Shown here: piece after piece, positions 14,571 to 20,000 of the stretch
Numbering within the stretch: position 1 is the first letter of the stretch
How the letters are laid out: each line of letters begins with the position of its first letter
IMG/VR virus record: IMGVR_UViG_3300042866_001374
Reading direction: 5' to 3' (one strand)
From: an uncultured virus (IMG/VR IMGVR_UViG_3300042866_001374)
Taxonomy: Duplodnaviria; Heunggongvirae; Uroviricota; Caudoviricetes
DNA: 20,000 bases
The notes under the pieces: model-generated
Database searches by the model: none
The model's input: only the letters and a program-made list of their open reading frames with translations
What the model was told of the DNA's origin: nothing
Position numbers and translations under genes: made by a program

Positions 14571-14785
14571 TTTGCCTCCCAAAATCTACCATCAGGACCA
14601 CAAGAGTAATCAAGTGATTCCCAACATTTAGCACGGAGCATATCACAGAACCTGCTCTCATTACCAGTCACAAGGTTATGAGAAGTATTTGGTGATACAC
14701 AAGTATCGTGTCGGTGTCCCATTCCAAATAGATGAGAGAACCAATCCTTACGATAATACTTGCAATCTTTACAGAGTTTGGTCAT
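14567..14785 (-). CDS. Cys-rich putative metal-binding protein (paralog A)
   Basis: CKDC...C...C...CGPDGRFWE. Confidence 0.8.
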   Translation of the reverse strand: MTKLCKDCKYYRKDWFSHLFGMGHRHDTCVSPNTSHNLVTGNESRFCDMLRAKCWESLDYSCGPDGRFWEAK

Positions 14786-14952
14786 AGTAACTCGTGCTTC
14801 ATTCCCATCAGTTTACCATAGATTTTGGCATAAAACAAATGAATAAACTTATCGTTATCATCTCGCAGTATTTGGGCCTTCACTAGTGCCATCAGTGCTT
14901 CAATTTCAGCAATCTGTAAATCAGAGTCTATATTGTGTTCTGTGACTTCCAT
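14782..14952 (-). CDS. hypothetical protein (56 aa)
   Basis: Manual translation MEVTEHNIDSDLQIAEIEALMALVKAQILRDDNDKFIHLFYAKIYGKLMGMKHELL; coupled on both sides. Confidence 0.7.
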   Translation of the reverse strand: MEVTEHNIDSDLQIAEIEALMALVKAQILRDDNDKFIHLFYAKIYGKLMGMKHELL

Positions 14953-15254
14953 TATGAGTAATTAAAGTGTAAATGTGTTTCCCAAGTGAATGCTGGTTGG
15001 TCTTTCCTTTGCATCATTTCTGCAACAAAATATGGAATGAACCTTGTGTATTTGTCCAGAAACTCCCTCTCCGTGAGTTCATCAAATCCGTGCATATAAT
15101 GATCACAATCAACAAACTTTGCAAACTTTTCATATTCACGGTCTCTATCATCAACTCTTTGATAGTTGCGACAGATTTTCAACCAGAATGAACGACCTTC
15201 ACCAGTGGCACAGTAATCAATCGCAAAGAAACGATAGAATGGTTTGTCACTCAT
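14952..15254 (-). CDS. hypothetical protein (DYCATGEGR...HFNYS)
   Basis: ORF track. Confidence 0.8.
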   Translation of the reverse strand: MSDKPFYRFFAIDYCATGEGRSFWLKICRNYQRVDDRDREYEKFAKFVDCDHYMHGFDELTEREFLDKYTRFIPYFVAEMMQRKDQPAFTWETHLHFNYS

Positions 15255-15768
15255 TGTTCTTCCTCACTCTTGCAAGAAACTCATTACTCTGTTGATACAA
15301 TCCTGCAATCAAATCCTTGATGTCATCAATTGCAATCACAGTATACTCCACATTCATATTTTCACAGATGAGTGCGTCAACCATACATTCCAATGTCATT
15401 GCTTGCATATGCTCTGGTGTGATTGGTGTGCCATGTGGCATCCCAGAGCATTCATCATTGTAAAATGCATTATATCGTCGAAGAACAGTTTCACTTCGTT
15501 CTTTGCGTTCCCATTCTTCTTTTTCAATTGCTGCAAGTTGTTGAAGTGCATCACCATTTTCATCATAAAGTTTATCAAGAGCATCAAGTGCCTTGCGTTC
15601 TTTCTCACGACGCTCTGCTTCTTCAAACATAGCATCAGGATAGGGTTCTTGGTTTCTCATAAGTTCTTTTAACCTTTGTTTACCATACTCTGTAAGTTCA
15701 TGTTTCTTGGTGCGAAGTTCATCAACTTCCTCTTGTGTGAGATTTACCCATGGCATGTCTTCATTCAT
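15247..15768 (-). CDS. coiled-coil-rich hypothetical protein
   Basis: ORF track, 173 aa. Confidence 0.8.
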   Translation of the reverse strand: MNEDMPWVNLTQEEVDELRTKKHELTEYGKQRLKELMRNQEPYPDAMFEEAERREKERKALDALDKLYDENGDALQQLAAIEKEEWERKERSETVLRRYNAFYNDECSGMPHGTPITPEHMQAMTLECMVDALICENMNVEYTVIAIDDIKDLIAGLYQQSNEFLARVRKNNE

Positions 15769-16007
15769 TTGTTCTTCTCACAATACAGGAAATACTTGTA
15801 CTCTGCAACTTGATGTGGTGCATATCTTACGACATCACACTCTTTATACTTATCAACCACTTCAAATGATGCAGAGTTGATTGGGTTATCCCCAGAGGCA
15901 AAGTAAGCAAGTGCAATCAGAATAATGATGAATACAGCAGAGGCACCAAGAAATACACCAACACCACGCAGAAACTCTTTGAGAGCATACTTATCTTCTT
16001 CAGTCAT
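15765..16007 (-). CDS. membrane-anchored protein (FEVVDKYKECDVVRY)
   Basis: ORF track 15765..16022; ATG at 16007; one TM helix. Confidence 0.8.
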   Translation of the reverse strand: MTEEDKYALKEFLRGVGVFLGASAVFIIILIALAYFASGDNPINSASFEVVDKYKECDVVRYAPHQVAEYKYFLYCEKNK

Positions 16008-16188
16008 TTTGCTCCACAGCATACTCTTCCTGCTGTTCTAACTTTCTTTCAAGTTTCTCAATCCTATCACACAACTCGGTGATAATACAAATCAAAGAAG
16101 GATAGCAAATAGTTTCAGTATCATTCCCATCCTCCATATCAATATAGCGGTGATGGCAAAGTTCTTTGGCAAAGTTGCGTTCAGTCAT
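16000..16188 (-). CDS. hypothetical protein
   Basis: ORF track. Confidence 0.75.
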   Translation of the reverse strand: MTERNFAKELCHHRYIDMEDGNDTETICYPSLICIITELCDRIEKLERKLEQQEEYAVEQND

Positions 16189-16916
16189 CGTAGCATCCCT
16201 TTAATTTTTTCAAGACAATGATTAAATCCATCCACAAGCAGTTCAGTATTTACATTCTGACTTCCTGCTGCTGATTGTTCTTTAGGCAACCAACTCTCCA
16301 CCAAATCTACAATATCATTACAAGCATCAAAATCATAACCAAGTTCATCTACCAATCTATTAAAAAGTTTTTGTGCTTCGTATTTTTTCACCAACCTATT
16401 CACAACCTCATCCATAGGTTTTGGGTTGTCTTTCTCATCCCACTCTACTTCATCATATTCAGGAGGTTCATCAGGACAATAAGGTTCATCATCATACTTC
16501 CCCTTCTTCACATCATTAAACCATACACCTTCAAGAAGACGAAGAGTTTCACCATCAATAATAGCAACCATCAGCAAACCCTCATCAGAATACTTTTTTT
16601 TATACCAATAAAATTCATCAGGAAATTCAAGACGATAATAAACCTCATCATTATAAGAGACGACCTCAAACTTACCACCAAAACTAAATTCCATTTTGGG
16701 TTGAGATTTATGTGTCTCAATCTCTTTGAGGAGTTCCAGTTTCTTTTGAAGCACTTTGATTTCTGCTTCGGTCTTTTCAATATCAGATTTGAAAGTCATT
16801 TGTTTCAGGTAAGGAGTAGCATCCATCACACCATCTTTGATTGCTTGTTTAAAAGCATTACGCAATCCATCGGCAACTTGCTCTGGTGTTTGTGGAGTTG
16901 GTTGAAATTCAGTCAT
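16185..16916 (-). CDS. hypothetical multi-segment protein
   Basis: ORF track 16185..16931; ATG at 16916; coiled coil, acidic Pro-rich linker, helical C-terminus. Confidence 0.8.
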   Translation of the reverse strand: MTEFQPTPQTPEQVADGLRNAFKQAIKDGVMDATPYLKQMTFKSDIEKTEAEIKVLQKKLELLKEIETHKSQPKMEFSFGGKFEVVSYNDEVYYRLEFPDEFYWYKKKYSDEGLLMVAIIDGETLRLLEGVWFNDVKKGKYDDEPYCPDEPPEYDEVEWDEKDNPKPMDEVVNRLVKKYEAQKLFNRLVDELGYDFDACNDIVDLVESWLPKEQSAAGSQNVNTELLVDGFNHCLEKIKGMLR

Positions 16917-17094
16917 CTTTTGTTCCACCATAATAATGTTGTGCGTTGAGTGTTCTCCACATTATAATCTGCTCAAAACATTCCCCAAGATTGCGACAAA
17001 CAAAACTATCTTCATCCACCCCATCTGGACCATCCCATATTGTAGCAGTATATCCCTTCGTAGGATGTGGAGTATAAGTGATTTCAATTTTCAT
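16909..17094 (-). CDS. hypothetical protein
   Basis: ORF track. Confidence 0.75.
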   Translation of the reverse strand: MKIEITYTPHPTKGYTATIWDGPDGVDEDSFVCRNLGECFEQIIMWRTLNAQHYYGGTKDD

Positions 17095-17357
17095 CGTTCA
17101 TTATAAAATACAAATCCTGTTGATGTCTTTTCGCAATAGTAATAATACTCCTGAAATACACCATTCATAAAGTCTTCAAGTGTTTCCAGTTCATCACTGC
17201 CAGTTGAATGATAACAGTCTAACACAAAATCCTGATACTCACCAACAAAACCACAGAAACGGTCAGGAAACTTTGAAATACTTTTGTCTGGGAACAGTTC
17301 ATAGTATGTGTCTAATACTTCCTGTCCGTATTCTTCTAGGATTTCTTCAAGTGTCAT
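17091..17357 (-). CDS. acidic protein, possible ArdA-like antirestriction fragment
   Basis: F.DRFCG......DFV and terminal YYY......GFVF resemble the ArdA C-terminal domain. Confidence 0.45.
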   Translation of the reverse strand: MTLEEILEEYGQEVLDTYYELFPDKSISKFPDRFCGFVGEYQDFVLDCYHSTGSDELETLEDFMNGVFQEYYYYCEKTSTGFVFYNER

Positions 17358-17532
17358 AGGGCTGTTGGGGGTCTTTTTTCCAAACTTCTTTGTATGTAAT
17401 CCAAGGCTCTACACCAGTTTCCATTTGTGCAGTCCAGTGGTATCCATTCTCATCAACCGCATCAAGATAATGAATGCGTGTCTTGGGATCAATTGTACGG
17501 GTAATATGTGTGAATTTTACTCGTTCAGTCAT
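17347..17532 (-). CDS. hypothetical protein (IHYLDAVDENGYHW)
   Basis: ORF track. Confidence 0.8.
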   Translation of the reverse strand: MTERVKFTHITRTIDPKTRIHYLDAVDENGYHWTAQMETGVEPWITYKEVWKKDPQQPYDT

Positions 17533-17756
17533 TTTTTATCACCCCATAGTTGCTCAAAATACTTACCATCTCTACCACAATACATCTCAAAATGTCTGGC
17601 ATCTTTACAACTTTCACTTTTTTTGTCTCCAGTCACCAAATCACCAGTTATGATTGGGTTGTAACACCTATCAAGTGAGTTGTTCCTAAAAAGATGACCT
17701 AACCAACTTTTCTTATAGTGGAGACAATCTTTACATAGTTTGCGTTGTTCAGTCAT
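17529..17756 (-). CDS. Cys-rich putative metal-binding protein (paralog B)
   Basis: ORF track 17529..17789; coupled start 17756; CKDC...C...C...CGRDGKYFE. Confidence 0.8.
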   Translation of the reverse strand: MTEQRKLCKDCLHYKKSWLGHLFRNNSLDRCYNPIITGDLVTGDKKSESCKDARHFEMYCGRDGKYFEQLWGDKK

Positions 17757-17983
17757 TTGATCGTCACAGTTTGATTTTTGATTTGGCAAAGACGGGAAAG
17801 ATTATCACCCGCAGTAGCAACTTGGAAGAAGTTGTAGTTAGTCCCACACTGTTCGTTGAGTGCTTGTTGAGTTGTAATGACATTCACAACTCCTGTGATG
17901 GGAGCAGCAAGAAGAACCAAAACAACAGTACCAACAATCAAAACAGTCCAAGCATCCATAAAATCAAAGTTGTTGCGTTTCAT
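17753..17983 (-). CDS. membrane-anchored protein with Cys pair
   Basis: ORF track 17753..18052; ATG at 17983 with GAGGAG Shine-Dalgarno. Confidence 0.75.
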   Translation of the reverse strand: MKRNNFDFMDAWTVLIVGTVVLVLLAAPITGVVNVITTQQALNEQCGTNYNFFQVATAGDNLSRLCQIKNQTVTIK

Positions 17984-17984
17984 T

Positions 17985-18176
17985 TCAGTTCTCCTCTTGA
18001 TGACGGAATACTTTAGCAAACTCTTCTGCTGCCTCAAATGCAAGTTCAGCACCGAACTTGAACACTTCTCGTCGTTCTTGTTCAGTAATACTTTGCATAT
18101 TAGAACAAGTTTTCAACCACTCAACATAGAGTGTTTGTCCTAAATCAACAAATCGTTCTTGAGAGAAGTCAGTCAT
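17985..18176 (-). CDS. hypothetical protein
   Basis: ORF track 17985..18251; ATG at 18176 one base after the upstream stop. Confidence 0.75.
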   Translation of the reverse strand: MTDFSQERFVDLGQTLYVEWLKTCSNMQSITEQERREVFKFGAELAFEAAEEFAKVFRHQEEN

Positions 18177-18177
18177 T

Positions 18178-18351
18178 TCAGTTCTGGTGTTGTTTGAGGT
18201 GAAGTTGGATACATTCCATAACATCATCAAGTGTAGAAGCACTACCATCATAGTAGTAATCCATATTCATTACATCTGTGACTTTGAGTTTGTAATAAAA
18301 ATCCCCATCAGATGAATACTGATGAATGATGATGTCAGTTTCGTAGTGCAT
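18178..18351 (-). CDS. hypothetical protein (57 aa)
   Basis: Manual translation MHYETDIIIHQYSSDGDFYYKLKVTDVMNMDYYYDGSASTLDDVMECIQLHLKQHQN; TGATG overlap. Confidence 0.7.
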   Translation of the reverse strand: MHYETDIIIHQYSSDGDFYYKLKVTDVMNMDYYYDGSASTLDDVMECIQLHLKQHQN

Positions 18352-18554
18352 CAGTTCTTAAAAAGTTTGTAGATTGCGTCTGCAACTGCGAGTGCCTCTT
18401 CTTTTTCCATAGTAATGTGAGTATGTCGTTTTCCATCTTGCCAATAGGAAATAGTACAACCATCCATACTGGTGACAATATTTGAATCTTCAACTGTATA
18501 ATACCATTCCTCATCAGGAAGGATGTTGATGCAGGTGCTGGTGTCAATTGCCAT
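18351..18554 (-). CDS. hypothetical protein
   Basis: ORF track; first gene after cassette 9. Confidence 0.8.
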   Translation of the reverse strand: MAIDTSTCINILPDEEWYYTVEDSNIVTSMDGCTISYWQDGKRHTHITMEKEEALAVADAIYKLFKN

Positions 18555-18579
18555 TTGGAGTTCCTTTGTGTATGAATGT

Positions 18580-18638
18580 ATTATAAGGCAAAAAGGGGTC
18601 TTGTGGAGACCCCCCTATGCCAGTTCTTCAAGTGTCAC
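18580..18638 (-). promoter_or_regulatory. promoter cassette 9
   Basis: -10 TATAAT 18580-18585; ATGCCAGT-N6-AGTGTCAC 18617-18638. Confidence 0.75.
18590..18613 (-). terminator. intrinsic terminator nested in cassette 9
   Basis: GGGGTCT-N5-AGACCCC stem followed by TTTTT on the minus strand. Confidence 0.65.
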
Positions 18639-19198
18639 TTGTCTTTCCAAGTAAAGTCCAGAAGTATCCTAGTAAAGTATCTCACAACACGATTTGGTTT
18701 CTTTTTCAGATACACTTTGATGTTTGGTTTGATGTCCCAGTATCCTACCTCATCTTTACCAACTCTAAATTCTGTAGTCCAATCTACAGCACTACTCACA
18801 CCAAGAGTAGAACAATCTAACTTACCTACTGTAAGTCTGACTGGAAATTGTCCGTGTTCCTTCGCATACTCAATATCCTCAATAATCTTGGTAATCTTTT
18901 TACTAAACTGATACTCTTGATAATATTTGAGTTGTGCGAACTTATACTCTACATCTTCAATCTGTTTATCAATCTTCTCATCAAACTCTTGTGAGATTTC
19001 TTCTAATGACTTGCGTGGTAATTCAAATTTGATTTCTTGTGGCTCATTCGGGATCGTGAAGTATTCTTTGAGAAGTTCATACTGTTCGTTGCCTTCTTCA
19101 GCAGAAGCATACAAGTTCATACACTCAAAGACATTCTTTACATCTTTGAGGGTTTTGATTTTACTTATATCAAGTTTATGATTTAATCTTTCAGTCAT
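18635..19198 (-). CDS. hypothetical protein (187 aa)
   Basis: ORF track. Confidence 0.85.
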   Translation of the reverse strand: MTERLNHKLDISKIKTLKDVKNVFECMNLYASAEEGNEQYELLKEYFTIPNEPQEIKFELPRKSLEEISQEFDEKIDKQIEDVEYKFAQLKYYQEYQFSKKITKIIEDIEYAKEHGQFPVRLTVGKLDCSTLGVSSAVDWTTEFRVGKDEVGYWDIKPNIKVYLKKKPNRVVRYFTRILLDFTWKDK

Positions 19199-19410
19199 TT
19201 GACATTCTCATTAATAGGGGGGTCAATCAATCCTGGTGGAATTACATACCAGATAATGTTGTTTGTTTTGCGAATAGATGTTAGAGCATACATAAACTCA
19301 TCAATAGTATTGAAAGATAATACTTCAAAGTCCTCTTCTTGATGAAGAGAAATCTTTTTATTTTGAATATCTACCACATATCTTATTGGAGTTTTAAGAA
19401 GTTCAATCAT
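19195..19410 (-). CDS. hypothetical protein
   Basis: ORF track 19195..19434; ATG at 19410 with GGAGG Shine-Dalgarno. Confidence 0.75.
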   Translation of the reverse strand: MIELLKTPIRYVVDIQNKKISLHQEEDFEVLSFNTIDEFMYALTSIRKTNNIIWYVIPPGLIDPPINENVK

Positions 19411-19541
19411 TCCAGTGCCTCCACATTTCCCCAACGATTGAGTGCTTCACGAATAGTATTTCTAACTTCGGGATAAAGATTGTAATACCCCCCGATCTCA
19501 TCCCAGAGTTCATCAAGTTGTTCGTCGGTTGGTTCAGTCAT
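19407..19541 (-). CDS. small hypothetical protein (44 aa)
   Basis: Manual translation MTEPTDEQLDELWDEIGGYYNLYPEVRNTIREALNRWGNVEALE; ATGA overlaps on both sides. Confidence 0.7.
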   Translation of the reverse strand: MTEPTDEQLDELWDEIGGYYNLYPEVRNTIREALNRWGNVEALE

Positions 19542-19705
19542 CGTTCAGCAACAACGATAAAGTCATTCATAGAAATACTCCTCTTACTTTTAGCAAGAAT
19601 ACCTTGATTGGGAAAATAAGGAACTGCTACAAGATTATAGAATGGTCTTAACTGCTCATAGAGAGTATAAAGGTGTCCGTCTTTCTTGTATCGGTAGAGT
19701 TTCAT
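19538..19705 (-). CDS. small hypothetical protein (55 aa)
   Basis: Manual translation MKLYRYKKDGHLYTLYEQLRPFYNLVAVPYFPNQGILAKSKRSISMNDFIVVAER; GGAGG SD and ATGA overlap. Confidence 0.7.
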   Translation of the reverse strand: MKLYRYKKDGHLYTLYEQLRPFYNLVAVPYFPNQGILAKSKRSISMNDFIVVAER

Positions 19706-19905
19706 AGTGCCTCCAATTCATCAGCAAGTTCATAAAGTAATCGAGCATCAACTACCATATCTTCTACACCTTCTTCTTCACAACACTGATAGTATTGATG
19801 TTCATTCACAATAGCACGAATAACAGCAACAACTCCATCTTTTGGAAAGTTGTAAGTATCCTCTGCTTCGTATGCTCTCATAATCTTTTTTGCTCTTTCA
19901 GTCAT
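19702..19905 (-). CDS. hypothetical protein (ends LADELEAL)
   Basis: ORF track. Confidence 0.8.
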   Translation of the reverse strand: MTERAKKIMRAYEAEDTYNFPKDGVVAVIRAIVNEHQYYQCCEEEGVEDMVVDARLLYELADELEAL

Positions 19906-20000
19906 AGTGCCTCCACATTATAGGAAAGACGATTTAGATAATCTACATCAGGGTCAAAATAAAGTTGGTCAGCAATCTCACGGATAGCAGTAGCAAGTGC
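19902..20000 (-). CDS. 3' end of hypothetical protein, start outside window
   Basis: ...ALATAIREIADQLYFDPDVDYLNRLSYNVEAL*. Confidence 0.7.
   Translation of the reverse strand, partial: ALATAIREIADQLYFDPDVDYLNRLSYNVEAL

Noticed and set aside
16275..16949. Long plus-strand ORFs (also 5044-5481, 7367-7987, 12637-13128, 15244-15672 and others)
   Set aside because: They are antisense shadows of well-supported minus-strand genes, with atypical F/I/H-rich composition.
983..18638. Cassette palindrome as an NtcA/CRP site or as integron attC sites
   Set aside because: It does not match GTA-N8-TAC and only loosely resembles TGTGA-N6-TCACA; it is too short for attC and no integrase is seen.
1..20000. 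tRNA/rRNA genes, T4 late promoters (TATAAATA), transposases
   Set aside because: None recognised by eye; a tRNAscan-SE and motif scan would be needed to exclude them fully.

Overview
A 20 kb stretch of a large lytic phage genome, most consistent with the early or accessory region of a T4-like cyanophage. This assignment is inferred from gene style and small conserved ORF types; no structural or replication marker gene lies in the window. Essentially all coding is on the minus strand: about 60 tightly overlapping small ORFs plus a few recognisable enzymes. The enzymes are a FabF-type ketosynthase, a PRMT-like SAM methyltransferase, an HNH-type nuclease, an RlpA/DPBB protein, a GT11 fucosyltransferase, a 2OG-Fe(II)-type oxygenase and a HEXXH protein. 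The most striking structure is non-coding. (i) Nine copies of a promoter cassette carry a 22-23 bp palindrome 29-31 bp upstream of a -10 box, usually with a hairpin over the -35 region. (ii) An ORF-free region at about 2600-3080 has palindromic CTCGWCGAG repeats at alternating 44/24 bp spacing, leading into a near-consensus plus-strand promoter, an AT-rich tract and a perfect Fur-box-like 7-1-7 palindrome; it is a candidate replication origin. (iii) A mirrored cassette may drive a small ncRNA. (iv) A recurrent ATGACTGA start/stop junction joins genes in the right-hand array. Candidate counter-defence proteins (ArdA-like, TacA/DUF1778-like) are also present. Coordinates and translations of ORFs missing from the supplied track were worked out by eye.
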